DNA of 64,000 bases, from NCBI RefSeq assembly GCF_009914755.1, contig NC_060930.1; one strand, 5' to 3'. The translations under genes and the position numbers were made by a program. The DNA is from the human T2T-CHM13v2.0 reference genome, Homo sapiens. Positions 17,786 to 39,719 of this stretch are shown piece by piece; the first letter of the stretch is position 1, and every line of letters begins with the position of its first letter. The notes under the pieces were generated by a model. The model made no database searches, was not told the origin of the DNA, and saw nothing but the letters and a program-made list of their open reading frames with translations.

Positions 17786-17886
17786 TAGAGACGGGGTTTC
17801 ACCAGGCTAGTCTCAACCTCAGGTGATCTGCCTGCCTCAGCCTCCCAAAGTGCTGGGATTACAGGTGTGAGCCACCGCACCTGGCC
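17588..17886 (-). mobile_element. AluS with expanded central poly-T
   Basis: TSD tctgcctttttt. Confidence 0.92.
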
Positions 17887-18717
17887 TTCGTCTGCCTTTT
17901 TTGAATAAATTGACGAGCGGATTCTAAAATTCAAATGGAAATGCAAGGGACCCAGAATAGCCAAAACGATTAACAACAATAACACAAAGAACAAAATATA
18001 AAGGGCTCATACTTTCTGATTACAAATTTTACTAAAATCTATAGTAATCAAGACAGTGTGGTCCTGGCATAAGAATAGACATATAGATCAAAGGAAAAAA
18101 TTGAGAGTCCAAAATAAACCCTCACATTATGGTTGATTGGTTTTTGACCAGGGTGACAAGACAATGCAGTGGAGAAAGAATAATCTTTTCAACAAGTGAT
18201 GCAGGGACAACTGATAGCTACATACAAATGTATGAAGTTGTACCTGTTCCTTACACTAGATACAAAAACAAACTCAAAATTGGCCATAGACCTTTAAGGA
18301 ATAGCTAAAACTATAAAACTGTTAAAACCATAGGAGTACATCTTCATGACCTTGAGTCAAATAATGAGTGATTTCTTAGATATGATGCCAAAAACACAAG
18401 TGTGACAAAAGATAAAATGGACTTCATCAAAATTTAAAATGTAAGACATCCCAGAGGATGGGAGAACATATTTTCAATTCATTTATCTGACAAAGGGCTT
18501 GTATCCAGAATATATGAAAAATACTTTTAACTCAGTAGTAAAAATAGAAATAAACAAAGGATCCAAATACACACTTCTCCAAAGAAGATATGCAAATGGC
18601 CAATGAATACATGAAATGATGTGAGCATCATATTAGTCATTATGAAAATGCAAACCAAAATGACAATGAGATACCTCTTCACACCCACTATGATGGCTAT
18701 AATCGAAAAGATAAACA

Positions 18718-19340
<623 letters not shown>

Positions 19341-19549
19341 TAAAGAAAAACAAGTGTTGGTGAGGATGTGCAGAAACTGGAATCCTTGTACATTGCTGGT
19401 GGAAATGTAAATTGGTGTGGCTGCTTTAAGAAAATGTTAGGTAGTTTCTTTAAATGTTAAATGTAGAGTTGCCATATGGCCTAGCAATTCTACTCCTGAA
19501 TATATGTCCAAGAGAAATGAATACACATCCACATAAAAACTTATACATG

Positions 19550-19863
<314 letters not shown>

Positions 19864-20236
19864 AAAAACTTATACATGAATGGTCATAGCAGCATTATTC
19901 GTAACAATAAAAAAAAGGGAATAGCCCAAATGTCAAACTGATTACTTGAAAATAAAATGTGATATATTTGTAAAATGGAATATGTTATATATTCAAATGA
20001 AGAGAAACAAGATACTGAAAACATTATGCTAAGTGAAAGAAACTAGTCATAAATGACAAAAATTGCATAATTCCATTTGTGTGAAATGTCTAGAATAGGT
20101 AAATCTGTAAAAATAGAAAGTACATTAGTGTTGTCTAGAACTAGCAGGAAGATTAGGGGGAAATGGGGAACGTGTGCTCATCAGTATGGGGTTTCTTTGG
20201 AGGTGATGAAAATGTTCCAAATTGATTGTAATGATA

Positions 20237-20560
<324 letters not shown>

Positions 20561-21330
20561 TTAACTCTGACTATAATAAACACCACTGAATAGTATACAC
20601 TGAATGGGTGAATTGTGTATGAATTATATATTATAAGCTATTTTTAAAAAGAAAATGTTTAATTGAAGTAAAAAACTAAGTAACTGAAATGCCTAACCAA
20701 TTATAGACTTTAATATTTGTTGGCAGTTTAAAAAAATTTTATGCTAAGAGTTTATAGATAGTACTGTTTATAAACTCTTAGATAAATAGTACTTTATCTA
20801 TAAACTCTTAGCATAATGAAATACTGCTCATAAATTACTTGGATTAGTTTTTTTTCTCTGTAGTTGTAATGTTCATTTGAGACACAATTAGGTTCATTTG
20901 TTTTGTTTATATTCAATTTGGGTTTTTTTCTCCATCCTATCGATTTAATTTTACTTTTTGAATATTTAAACATTTGTATATTGAAATATTCATATACATT
21001 TAAATATCAGTATTAAACATTTCAGAGAACTGTTGTTCCTTCCTTTATTCTTTCCACTTTGTTTCTAACCAAGCCCTGTATATGACCAGTTTTATTCATT
21101 TCTTGTTATCTTTCCTGCGTTTCTTTTTAGGAAAAGACTTTTGAGAAGCAACTAAGTAAAAAGAAGCATTAAAAACTGAAAACATAACAAAATTGGAAAA
21201 CAGAGCTAATATAAAACAGATAAACTCACTTATTAAAAATCTGTTTGAACTATAAAACAAAACCTAAATATAAGCACCAAAGGGGAGGCACATATAAAAC
21301 AAAGTGACTCAATTTGAAAGTAAAAGGATG

Positions 21331-21520
21331 GGCCAGGCACAGCGGCTCATGGCTGTAATCCTAGCATTCAGGAGGCCCAGGTGGAGGGAATCACTTGAGC
21401 CTGGAAGCTCAAGGCTGTCTGAGCTATGGGCGTGCCACTGCCCTCCAGCCTGGGTGACAGAACAAAACCCTGACTAAAAAAAAAAAAAAAAAAAAAAGAA
21501 AAGAAAAAGAAAAAAAAAAG
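21331..21520 (+). mobile_element. FRAM/AluJ monomer
   Basis: Single right-arm-like monomer plus A tail. Confidence 0.8.
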
Positions 21521-22196
<676 letters not shown>

Positions 22197-22469
22197 GATA
22201 AGATTGAATTTACAGGAAAAAGCATTAAAGTAGACAACGATAGTGACTTTAGAGTGATAAACAGGTACAAGAAAAATTCATAGACATTGACCTACCGTTC
22301 CACTTTCAATTAAGATATATGTAAAGGTTATTATAGTGTTGTTTATAATAGCAAAAGACTGAATATAGCAAAAAGAAGTCTATCATTAGAAGACTTGTTG
22401 AATAAATTATAGTATAGAATACTATACAGCCAAGGAAAACAATGTACTGCTAAGAAACACCCTGTCTTA

Positions 22470-22746
<277 letters not shown>

Positions 22747-23304
22747 TAAAAAATATTTTTAAACAACAACAAAAAAGCAATATAGAGAATAGTGTGTACA
22801 GCATGCTTCCATTTGCAATTATATTCTGTGTGTGCTTAGACAATTTTGGGAGTATCTATAAATTGCCTCTGGAGAGGAAAATTAAGGAACTAGGATGAGG
22901 GGCTTTTTCGTGTGTTTAAAAAAATATATACCTTCTAACCCTATTTGGATCTTCTCTGTATGCACATATAAACTCTTCAATTACAAAAAGCTAATTTTAA
23001 AAGGTTTAAAAGGTAAAAGTCCCTTCCAGGCTCAAAATTCTATTTTCTCATCATACTTTGTGAAGCTGTTCAAAAGAAAATGTCCAAGAATCCATTATAA
23101 ATTGAGGTACAAACATTAGAAAATGGTGATTAATGTGTTTTGAAACTTGAGTGCTGCTGACTATTTTGTAAAAACCATGTGTTTAGTTTCATCTCATAGG
23201 GTTGGATGTCATAGAATGTACCACAGGACAAGTCTGGCTATTTCTTTCTAAGATAAAATGAATCATCTACAAAGGACAGTTTATTGAAATAAGTGAGAAA
23301 GTTG

Positions 23305-23515
23305 AAGGCATCATGGTAGACTAGAAAGCATGTTGCTCTTCATATGAGGTTTGAATGCTGGCTCACCGCTTACTTTCTGTATGACCTTGAGAAAATGATT
23401 TTATCTCTTTGAACCTAAAATTCCTCTTATAAAAAGAGGGAATTATTTCTGCTCTACTTCTCTCCTAAGGGGTTGGAAGGATCTAGTGAGATAATGGATA
23501 TGAAGAGGCTTGCCA
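23305..23515 (+). mobile_element. MIR
   Basis: tgtatgaccttgagaaaatgattttatctctttgaacct. Confidence 0.6.
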
Positions 23516-25194
23516 AGTCCAAAGAGTTATTCATTTCACTAAACATCAATTACCTATTCAGCATATGTAGATTATGTATTGAAAACATCTTAAAAAGGAT
23601 ACAATAGATAGATATATTCAATTATCAGGTTTTAGAATCTTCTGAGGAGATAGAACTGAGAAGCCACCACAGGCCTACTGGCTTAGAACATACTAGGGAT
23701 ACACTGCTCACTAAAGTGTGTAAACTGGCACCTTAATGAAACATCCGAGATGAAGCTGTTTGTCAAATATGCAATTTTAGGATTATGCAGTAATATCAGG
23801 ATAAGGTTTGAGTTACTTAAATTACTGGGGCCTCACAGATTCATGGTTGCTGTGATAAATATACCACTCCATCTTGCTTGGGGGAATTGTCATTTCAAAG
23901 GTTGGTACAGGAAGAATAGGAAGAGATGTCCTAATCAAAGGGCAATTTTAATAACTCATAACTCTTATTAATGGTTAGGAATGCCCTTTCCACATGTGGT
24001 TCCAGAGGAGAGGAACAAAAGGAGTTTTTTTCCTGGTAAGGTAAAGACTGAAGGTGAAACAGAGCTAGCCCTGAGCAGTTCCTGAGGGCCTTCCAGGTGC
24101 AGGGACAGAACACTGTGTATGCATTCCCACGCAACTGGTGAGCACACTGTCACACATATATCTGTATCCCCAAAGATGAGCTAAAACTCCTATGCACTAA
24201 AGAGGTAGTAATATGGCAAAGAAATACAATATTGCTTAATAATTCAGCACACGCGTTAACCTAAGGAGGGTTTAAAAGTCATTTCTGGAAAAGAGCACTT
24301 CATTGTCAGCCCATTTTCAGTTGGTAATTGTATTACCATTTTATGCCAAAGGTTATCACTTCTATATTTTATATTTTCCTCTATATCCAATTTAATATTT
24401 TTATGAGACAGATTTAATAAATCATATTATTTCTGAATTATTTTTTACCTCCCTGAGATTTTTCCCTCTTTTGCTGTCCTTTACCAATCCTTTTTCCCTG
24501 ATGTATGTAACCGACTTTCAGGAACAATAAGAAATTAAACATAGGTTTGTTAAAAAAAAAAAAAATTGTTGCTTGACTGATACAGGCTCAGAGACTTACT
24601 AGAACAGTGACTTGTGTTAAAAATAAAGTAAGATATTAGCGGCCAATGAGCTTAATATGCACAGCAGAATGACAGATGCTTTAAAAAAAAAAAAACCAAA
24701 AGACAAAATAAACTTAGGTTCTATATATGGAAATAAAATGCTTGCAGCACAGGAAGGTAGTAGTTCTGTTTTCTGCTGATCAGACCACAACTGAAATAAA
24801 GCGTTCAGTTTAGGAAAACATAATCTAGGAGAAATATGGAAGAGGGCCATCAAATTTTCCAGAATCTGGAAACAGTCATGAGAGGAAGCACAGAAGGGCT
24901 GACCTGGGGAAGAAAACAAAAGAGAGGGAGACAGGACAAATTTGCAAACTAGACAAAGAGCCATTAAGTGAAAGAAAATGTGAACTTGTTTTATATTTAT
25001 CCATAGAGCTAGGCTTGTTGCACAGAAATTGGAATGAAATACATTATGGGTTAAATTATTTAAAACAATGTTCTGGCAAATAGACCTATATAAAAATGGC
25101 ATAGACTATCTTAGCATATACTATCTTGGAAAGTAGCCATTTCCCCACCATTCGAGCAGAAGATAAATGGACACCTGTCAGGGATACTCTAGAG

Positions 25195-25397
25195 CAGCAC
25201 TGTCCATTAGAACTTTGTGTGGTGACGAAAATGTCCCATTTCTGTTCTGTCAATACAGTAGCCACTAGTCACATGCTACAAAAGGCCCTTGAAACATGAC
25301 CAGTTGAATATGACCAAGGAACTGAATTATCTTAAGTAACTGTAACTGAAATGTAAACAGCTACATAGAGCAGTGGCTACTATATTGGAGAGTGCAG
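25195..25397 (+). mobile_element. MER3 (hAT-Charlie)
   Basis: cagcactgtccattagaacttt...tattggagagtgcag; 8-bp TSD ctctagag/ctatagag. Confidence 0.85.
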
Positions 25398-25703
25398 CTA
25401 TAGAGTCTAGAAGAAATCCCCACATTGGGCTGGAATTTGGAATAAACCACTTCTAAGAGTTCTTCTAACCTTACCTCCTAATGTCTCCCCTCACCCTGCC
25501 TCCTTACCCCTCTACTGCCTATACTCAACTCCAGTAATACAAAATTGCTTTCATTTTCTTAAATATGCAAACATTGAGTATACAACATTTCATGTTTGTA
25601 AATGTGTTCTTTGCATGAATGTTCCTCTCCAATGTATTCTGTTATTTATCTTCATTAACATGCTGTTATTTCTGTTCTAAAAACCTTTCCTTTAAAAAAA
25701 ATG

Positions 25704-26301
25704 TTTTTTTAGACAGGATCTTTATCTATTGCCCATGCTGGAGTGCAGTGGTGTGTGTGATCACAGCTCACTGCAGCCTTGAATTCCTGAGCTTAAGTGA
25801 TTCTCCTCCCTCAGCCTCTTGAGTAGCTGGGACTAAACACATGTGCCATCAAGCCCTGCTAATTTTTTTTCTTTTTCTTTTTCTTTTTTTGAGATGGAGT
25901 CTTGTTCTGTCACAGTGCAATGGCGTGATCTCGGCTCACTGCAACCTCTGCCTCCTGGGTTCAAGTTATTCTCCTGCCGCAGCCTACTGAGTAGCTGGGA
26001 TTACAGGTGTGCGCCACCACACTCAGCTAATTTTTGTATTTTTAGTAGAGACAGGGTTTCACCATATTGGCCAGGCTGGTCTCGAACTCCTGACCTCATG
26101 ATCTGCCCACCTCAACCTCCCAAAGTGCTGGGATTACAGGTATGGGCCACTGTGCCCGGCCAATTTTTTTCATTTTTTAATGGAGATGGCGGGGGTCTCA
26201 CTATGCTGCCCAGGCCAGTCTCAAACTCCTGACCTCAAGCAATCCTCCTACCTCAGCCTTCCAAAGTGTTGGGATTGCAGGCATGAGCCATTGTGCACAT
26301 C
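25704..26301 (-). mobile_element. AluJ with a nested AluS (25863-26161)
   Basis: The two AluJ arms are separated by a full AluS. Confidence 0.9.
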
Positions 26302-27461
26302 CTAGAAAACGGTTCCTGATATCCCAACACTTACCTCTTCTGTATCTTGGACATATGTCTCTTATTAAATATTCTAACCATCTGTTTACATTTCCCTCTC
26401 ACTCAGTTTTTAAGGATAGGGCAATTGTATATCTCCGGCACCTAGCCAAACAACTGGCTGCCATGGTAGTTCTGTGGAACAGAAATGCAGGATGAACATG
26501 CCTGATACTTTAACTGACACATGTATTTACAGAACAATTCCTAAGAAACCTCTTCCACATAAGGGCAAATATTACAATTTATAATTCATAAACAAGAATA
26601 GTCCAGTATCATACAAAAAAAAGTAAGTAGAAGAAATTGGCACATAATATTTTAACACCCACCTCACTGCCCCCTCCTTGAACATCATTGTATCAGGTTA
26701 AGTACATTACTTTGAAAAATTTTTAATTAAAGCTCTTAAAGCTACGAGAGATTTCAAAATATCCTCTGCCTTCAGTAGTGAGATCCAAAAAGGATAACTA
26801 GATTGCCTAAGTTTACTCAGCTACAAAGTATGAGTTGGCTTTAAAATCAAGTGTAATTAAGAATTTATGGGAGTTTTTGGTAGGTGAAAAGGTTCAAGGG
26901 AGGAGTGGGGGAAGGAAGTTCAGATCAGATCATGTAGGGTTTTGTAAGTAATGATGAAGTGTTTGGATTTTATTCTAAATGTGATGGAAGTCATTGGACG
27001 GTTTTGAACAGGAAATGAGCATGATTTTGTGTATCTGTATTAATGGCTTCATTGAGGTATAATTGATATACAGAAAAACTATACATAGTTTAAAAGATCA
27101 CTATGGCTGATAAAGAGAGAATATCTATGAGATGCTGCACTCCAATAATTTCAATTTCAAGCACTCCACTTTCTGCTCACCACATTCCAGATTTCTAGTT
27201 TATTCACACCAGTATCTCAATTGCAACAATTCTTAACACCACGCTTACCACCTTCTCATATCTCTCACTCTTCTTTCAACCTCCTCCTTATCTAGCTTAA
27301 ATTTCTTAATCAATCACAATCATCCCCTTGAATATAGCTTCCACTTCCTTGCCCCATCTCTTTTTCATGCTCATTTGGCAAAGCCCCAACGTTATTTAAA
27401 TAGAACTCTCCATATAGTTCCCCTTCGTCCCAAATATGGCTGGAGAAAAACATCCAACTAA

Positions 27462-27786
<325 letters not shown>

Positions 27787-29613
27787 TAAACTAGTTTTAC
27801 GTTAAATTTAAACTCAGCAGCTCAGGGATGCCTATAATTCTACTCAGCAGTGGTATTATATTTCTCTCATCAAAATTACTCTCTCACCTTCCCTGGTGAC
27901 TGTACCTTCTCATCTCCCCTAAAATCTTTACCTTCTCCTTGGTTTTCACTCCTAGCTAACTATTAGCTATTTTTCTGTGTGTTTGGCTGAGGAATAGAAG
28001 CAATCAGAAGAGAGCTTCCCTAAGTCTGCGCCCATCACTAACCCTCAGCGTCTGTGCACTTGTGTGCTGACCCGGTGATGCCCTCACTGTGCTCCTTGCT
28101 CCTCCACTTGCTCCGAAACCTTCCATTTTCACCACCCATGGACAACACTCCAGCAATTCTCCCATCTACCCCTGTTTCTTCAAACTCTTTTCTTGATTTT
28201 TCTTTCGTTATACGATATATGTTGTAATTTCTCCCATCTTAAAAAACGCCATTTTTTATCCTGCTCCCTCCACCAGCTACTACCCTCTTTCTCTTTCCCT
28301 TTCCCTTTATAGAAAGAAAATTGTTAAAGAGTTGATAAAATATTCACTGTTTTAAATTTCCTTCCATTTTCTCTTGAACCCTCTTTAATCAGCCTTTCCT
28401 TACCACCACTCCACTGAAGCTCCATATTGCAAAATCTCATCTATTCTCAGTCCTCATTTTACTCCATCTGTCAGGGATTTCATCTTCGAACCCATTTCTT
28501 CACTTAACTTCCAGGACACCACAGTCTTCTTCTGATTTTCCTTTTATCTCACTGGCTATTCCTTCTGAACATCCAAGAGCACAGACCTTGGACTTTTCTT
28601 TTCTATCTCCATTCATTCCCTTGGTGATCTGATCCAGCCACATGGCATTGAATGCCGCATGTATGTTTATGATTCCTAGATTCTGCCTTTGGTCCAGATC
28701 TGTCCCCTGAACTCTAAGCTTATATATAACCATCTAGTCAGCATCTCAAATCTACCATATCCCAAACTGACACTTTATCTGCTCTTCCAAACTTACACCA
28801 CCCAGTCTTCCTCCTTCAAGGTTGATGGCAACTCCACTCTTCCCACTGTTCAGGCCAAAAAGCCTTGGAGTCATCTTGACTCCTCTTTTGTCTCACACCC
28901 AAACTGTTAGAAAATTTGCCCATTTCTTACCATATTGGGCCACCCTCAGCTCTTCTCTGACTTCTCCAGAGACTGAGTACTTTTATATCTCATGTACTAG
29001 TGGTCCATGGCAGACCATTTGAGAAGCCCCTGAGTGTGTAGAGGAGAATAAGAGGGTAAGAGAATAAGGTGAAGCTTTCTCAGCAAAAGAAAATAAAAGC
29101 AAGAAAGAGTAAGATGATATATTTGGAGGACTGCTAGTAGTTTAACATAGTGAGAGCAAGGGATGTAAGAGATAAAAGCTGGAGAAATACACAGGGGCCA
29201 GATATGGAAGGTCTTCTATTATTCACTAGGCAGCATGGAACTTTATTTTGCAGCAATGAGGAATCATTGAAAAGCCTTAGGTGGAGGAAAACATAAGCTG
29301 ATTTGTGTTAGATCACTCTTAGAGCAAAGCAGAAGATAAGCTATATAGGGCACACCCCTGGAGCAGGGGGAATAGTTAAAAAGAAAGACTATTGTGATAG
29401 CCGTGGAGAAAGATGACAAAGGCCTGAACTGAGGGAAGACCTATGGAGATGGAGAAAGAGGGGACAAAGCCAAGAAATCTTAAAAATACAGAATCCCTCA
29501 GATTTGGTATATCATTGAATATGGGGAAAGAAGGGAGTCAAGGATGCCTCTGTTCTCTGACTTGGGTGCACTTGGATGGTGGTGCCACCACCTGAGATAG
29601 GATGGGCGTAATG

Positions 29614-29901
<288 letters not shown>

Positions 29902-30285
29902 TGAAGATGAGTGTAACAAATATAGAGAGGAGATGAGTTTCTCTTGGACAGGCTGAGTTCCAGGTGTCCAGGGATATCACAGTGAAGACACCCAGGAAGC
30001 TATAAATTTTATGGGTCAAAAGCTCAGAGAGAGGTTTGGGTTGAAGGTATGAGTTCAGAAGTTATTTGAACACATATCACTTTGTTCTAGCCTGGGCATT
30101 GGGATTTCTCAGTATGCTGAGGGAGGAGAAAAACAATATAAGGATAACATTAAGTATGCACAGATGAAAAGGAGCCATGAACAGTCAAAATGGTTGGAAG
30201 TAAAATGAGAACAGAGAGAGGGTGGTGTTTCAGAATTTAAGGGAGGAATTTCAAGAAAGGGGAATTACCAAGTAAGATAAGGATT

Positions 30286-30682
30286 AGCTTAGTCAACTCA
30301 GGCTGCCATAACAAAATGCCATAGAATGGGTTGCTTAAACAGCAGACATTTATTTCTCACTTTTATTTTATTTTGGAGACTGGGAAGTTCTAGATCAAGG
30401 TGCCTACTGATTCAGTACCTTGAACTGATCTTCCCACCTTGCAAACAGCCCTGTTTTGCTGTGTTTTCATGTGGTTGGAAGCAATAAACAGTGCTCTGGT
30501 CTCTCTTCCTTTTCTTATAAGAACACTAATCCTATCATGGGGTCCCAGCTCCATAACCTCATCTAAATCTAATTATTTCCCTAAAGGCTCCATCTCCAAA
30601 TACTATCGTATTGGGGGTTGCGGCTTCAATATATGAATTTGGTGATAAGAGGAGGAGAATATAAACATTTAGTCCATAATAA
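30286..30682 (-). mobile_element. MLT1A-like MaLR LTR
   Basis: caggctgccataacaaaatgccataga..aaacatttagtccataa. Confidence 0.82.
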
Positions 30683-30910
30683 AAATTAAAGGAGTCCTTT
30701 TGATTGGAAGTCAAGAAGCCTTTGGTGGCCTTGCTCAAAACAAATTTTGGTGAAGTTTTGAGTATAGAAGTCTGATGGAAGATAAAGGAAAAAGTCAGAA
30801 AGCCAAAACAATGATGTCAGTCTAGTATTCCAGTACCTGGCTTCAGAGGGAAGGAGAAAGTTCTGTATAGACTTATTTAAAGATGGAGAGATTTGAGTAT
30901 CTCACAGCTA

Positions 30911-31268
<358 letters not shown>

Positions 31269-31403
31269 TAGAGAGAAAGAAGATGACTAGGGGATGACTG
31301 GAGAGAAATAAGCAAGCTCCTTCAGGTAATGGGAGGGATTGCATCAAGAGAAAGAAGAGTTGAGAAGAGAAACGCTGGGGACAGGTAAATGTGTAGGTGT
31401 GAG

Positions 31404-33017
<1,614 letters not shown>

Positions 33018-33827
33018 AGTGTGAGGATGGGATGTTGAGGGAATCCAGCCCTGATATACTCAGCTTATTTTTTTCCTTTTCTGGAAAGTTGGAGGCGAGC
33101 AAGTGGGAGAGTGGGGGAATTCTGTGTGTTGGCCTGAGGGAGAGTTTTAAAGGTTTAAAATGTTATGTGAGGAATCAGTGAGGAGGGAATGTAGCACTTT
33201 GAGGGTTTTAAAATACTTCAATATAATGATTTCCATAAGCTTTTTTATTACTACATCTATAATGTGTATTTTATGAGCAATCATAAAGAAAATTACATTT
33301 GGGAATTATCCTATGTCTACTAAAACATTTGCCAGATTTAATATCATGTTGTGAAAAGTGGAATACAATTAGCTTCACATGATATGAAATAAGTAGTGTG
33401 CTAAGGTCTCAATTACAATAGACAGTAGAGAACAAATGTAAAAGTGCCACGTAAACTGTAAAAGCACTATAGGTACTACAGTCACTAAGTTTGGTTTTAG
33501 TAAAATATAAATTTTTAAGATGGATTTTTGTGTTTTTTTTAAAAGTAGAATTTTTCCATTTATAAAACTGGCCATATTCTTTTTGTTGAAACTTTGAAAT
33601 TTTTGTTATGTAGAGAAAAATATTAAAGGTTCTTCTCTCAAAGTCTACTACTGTTACCATTTTGATATGTTTTCTTCCAGAGGTTTACTCTGCCAGTTAA
33701 TTAGAATGTAATTGTAATCATATAGTTACATGACATATAAATTCTTCATAAATATCACTTTAATATTTATACAATAGTCCATTATGGGGCTCTGTCATAC
33801 GTGATTTTTCCTCTTACCTATTATTGA

Positions 33828-34172
<345 letters not shown>

Positions 34173-35532
34173 TAACTACATACAGATTCCTAACTGAACG
34201 CCTTTCTAGTTGAAATATTACTGAAATTAAATGAACCTTAATCATATTCAACTTTTCTGCCTCTTTCCCTTTTTTTTTACAAACACACATAGATGAGTCA
34301 CTGACCCATTTGAGTCTTAGTTACTACGACCATTGTATATAAACAAAATTATTATTAGAACATGAAAGGTGAAAAAATACTAAAGCTAACCTCACAGGAA
34401 ATTACCTTTATGAATTTATTTTTTGTTATATGGCCTCAGTGTTGAAAATGCCTGATAATTTCTTAGCGGGGAGGCAAGGTAAATGTTCAGCTATTGTATA
34501 ATTTGCTAAATTACTAATAGAAAGAGAGAACTCAGACTGGAAACAGAATGAGGATCCCTGACAGATAAATAAACTATTTTCTTTCACCTCCAAATGATTC
34601 AAATGTAAACACAGTAGGTCGTTTGGGAGCACATTTAGATTTTCCCAAATGACCACTGTAACTAGGGATGTTTCACTTGCCCTCTATTCAATTCGATCTC
34701 ACTATTAATGGGCATTCCAGGATATTTTGTGATCAGGAGACTTGAAAGAGTTAATGCACTTTGCGAAATGCCTAACTTGTATTTGGGATTAATTTACTTC
34801 CACAGCAGGATCTGGCTTATTAGAGCTTCAGAAATGTCTAAAGAAAATTCTGTGTTAGATACATCACTGAAATGCTTGCCATCTCCCTGGGAGCCCACAT
34901 TAAATCAGCTTGGTGGAGTAAACTTATTTTTGTCTTTTTCTTCTCATGAGTTTTTTGCAAAACAGCTGGCCTTTTCTAAAATGAGGTTGACTAACCATTT
35001 ATAAGATTTGAGAAGGGACTAATTAGTATTGTACGTTGATTGGGGATCGTAGCTATTTTTATTTAAAAATCACATAGAGAGAAGTATTTGTTTGGTGACT
35101 TGCTTATAAAATTACTTTTCACCAACCACAGTGTTATAGTGTGGCTACTGTGTAGGAACAAGGCCCAGGATTTTTTTTTATCACTCTCTGAGATTGGGCC
35201 TATTGCAATCATTGTTACCCAACTACATGATTTCACACAATCTTACACGTTGAGGCAAGAGATAGCAGTAACCCTGACCTCTTGTTTTCACAGAGGTCTT
35301 CATTAATTTTTCAAGGTACAGGCTAGAGCTAAAGTCTTTCTGCAGGCCTTTCCTTCAGTATTGTACAGAAATGACAGGATAAAGCACAGGAGTCTGGCAG
35401 TTGAGAAAACGTGACCACGAGGACCCCCTCTCATGTATCCCGACCTTGGATTAGGAGGTTCCTTCAATGCCCTACTGACACTGGGCCAATACTTACCTCC
35501 AAAATAGCATCATGAATAACACAAAAAAGCAT

Positions 35533-35881
35533 TGTCTTACTCCATTTGGGCTGCTGTAACAAAAATACCTTATACTGGGTAATTTATAAACAATAAAAAT
35601 TTATTTCTCATAGTTCTGGAAGCTGGAAAGTCTAAGATCAAGGCATCAGCTGATTCGGTGTCCAGTAAGGGCCTGTTCCTCAAAGATGGTGCCTTCTCTG
35701 TGTCCTCATATGGTCGAAGAGGCTCTCTGCTCCCTTAGGCCAATTTTATTACTACCCTTATCCTATTGATAAGGGTGGAGCCCTCGTGACTTAATTACTG
35801 TCCCAAGGGCCCAACTCTATATCACTTCAATGGGGATTAGGTTTCAACATGAGTCTTGCAGAGACAATTCGGACCATATCA
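35533..35881 (-). mobile_element. MLT1A/MSTD-like MaLR LTR
   Basis: tgtcttactccatttgggctgctgtaacaaaaatacc...ggaccatatca. Confidence 0.82.
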
Positions 35882-36864
35882 AACATGGACGGAGTTTCCA
35901 GGGTTGAAGCCCTTAGCATCCAATCTCACTACTGCTCTTCTCTCACTATTCCCCAGCTTTTAAGTCCTGTACTTGCAGTTTTTAAAGAACCGAGATATCT
36001 CTTTCCTCTTTACCTACATTCTTAGTAAAACCTCAGACTGAAACTCCTTCTCCATGCCCCGCCCTCCTTTGGCTAACCCATCATTGGACTTTCAGGTTAG
36101 AGATCAGCTTCCCTGACCACATCCTGCCCCACTAAGAAATAAAAACAAACCAAAAAACTCCAAAGATACTAGCAACAGCAACAAATTTAGAACCTGTTCA
36201 CCGTTTTCCCACAGCATCCTGCACTTATGCTTGAAATAGCACCTGTACTCTATTAAAATCACCTGTTTACTTGGGGGTGGGGCAGGTCTCCCCTGTTGGA
36301 CAGTAACATTCTTGAGAACACTGTTCATCTTTATATGCCATTATGTTAAAGAAGTATTGGACACAGTTTTTTTCATCAAGACATTTGCAATCCATTAGTA
36401 GAAAAGAGGTATATTTAAAGCCAACAATACAAAATATACATAATTACATAAAGTACAAAGTACACATAATTAAGTTCAAAATTGTTTGGTATAATTATTA
36501 GATCATTATATAGACAAGGCAGATCCATGAAGGCTGGAGCCATTTCAGAAGTCTTCATGGGGAAGTTGAGATTAGAATCGGTCAGATGTTGGCATAGCCT
36601 TAGGACTGGGGAGCAGAGTAGGGGGTGGTGTTATAGGATGACAAAGTAAAATGAACAAAAATGTGGAAGATGAGGTGAGCTTTAAAAAATGGGTAAAATT
36701 CACCAGATGGAGAAGGCTGGGACATGGAGAAGGAATCTCAAGTAGAGGTCACAGCAAGAATGAAGCATAAGGAAAGAACTAGCTTGATAGAACACTGAGT
36801 AGTATTCCATGGTGAAAAGTAATTTAGATTAGACTTGATGGGAAACAAATCATTGTAGATTCAT

Positions 36865-37693
<829 letters not shown>

Positions 37694-37907
37694 AATTTTA
37701 ATATGAAAGATTTTCACCTGTCTCTCTGAGGGCTCCTTTTCAGACACCTGTGCAGGTTCATCATGCTTGGCTTATATTAATAATAAATATTGATGCTCCT
37801 CAAAGCTCAATCCAAGGCCATCTTCTGTTTTTACTCAGTTATTCCTTCTCATGTGATTTATTCTACTTCCATAGCTTCTTTAGTGTGATAATATATTACC
37901 ATGTTTA

Positions 37908-38198
37908 GGCCAGGTGCTGTAGCTCACGCCTGTAATCCCAGCACTTTGGGAGGCCAAGGATGGCAGATCACGAGGTCAAGAGATCGAGACCATCCTGGGC
38001 AACATAGTGAAACCCCGTCTCTACTAAAAATACAAAAATTAGCCAGGTGTGGTGGCACATGCCTATAGTCCCAGCTACTCGGGAGGGTAAGGCAGGAAAA
38101 TCACTTGAACCTGGGAGCCGGAGGTTGTAGGGAGCCAAGATTGCGCCACTGTACTCCAGCCTGGCCTGGTAACAGAGTGAGACTCCATCTCAAAAAAA
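37908..38198 (+). mobile_element. AluSc-like
   Basis: TSD tattaccatgtt. Confidence 0.94.
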
Positions 38199-38224
38199 TA
38201 TATGTATGTATTACCATGTTATAC

Positions 38225-38925
<701 letters not shown>

Positions 38926-39153
38926 TCTATTTGTATATTTCAAAGGCACTTCAGACTTGTGATCACCCTAGAACATACCTCTGGGTGTTGCCCTGCTCAG
39001 TGAATGGCACCATCCACCTAAGCTGCATAGGCAGAAACTTCAGAGTCAGTCTTGATACCTCCTTCTCCCTTACTGCCTCTATTGTCCATTACCAAGACTT
39101 GTTGATTTTATCTTGTTAAATTTCTCAAATTCACCTACTTCTTACTATCTCTA

Positions 39154-39555
<402 letters not shown>

Positions 39556-39719
39556 CTACATCCAGTCTTTTCCCTACACTGCTGCCAAGAAGGTTTTTTT
39601 TTTTCCCTCAAAACATAAATCTGATCATGTCAGTCAGAGTTCATAATACTCCAATAACTTCCTATTACTCTTGGTATAAAGGTAATTCCCTAATTGCAAT
39701 TTATCTTATTTAACAAAGC

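Noticed and set aside
24617-25102. 161-aa minus-strand ORF
   Set aside because: AT-rich with homopolymer runs, no recognisable domain or splice context; consistent with chance.
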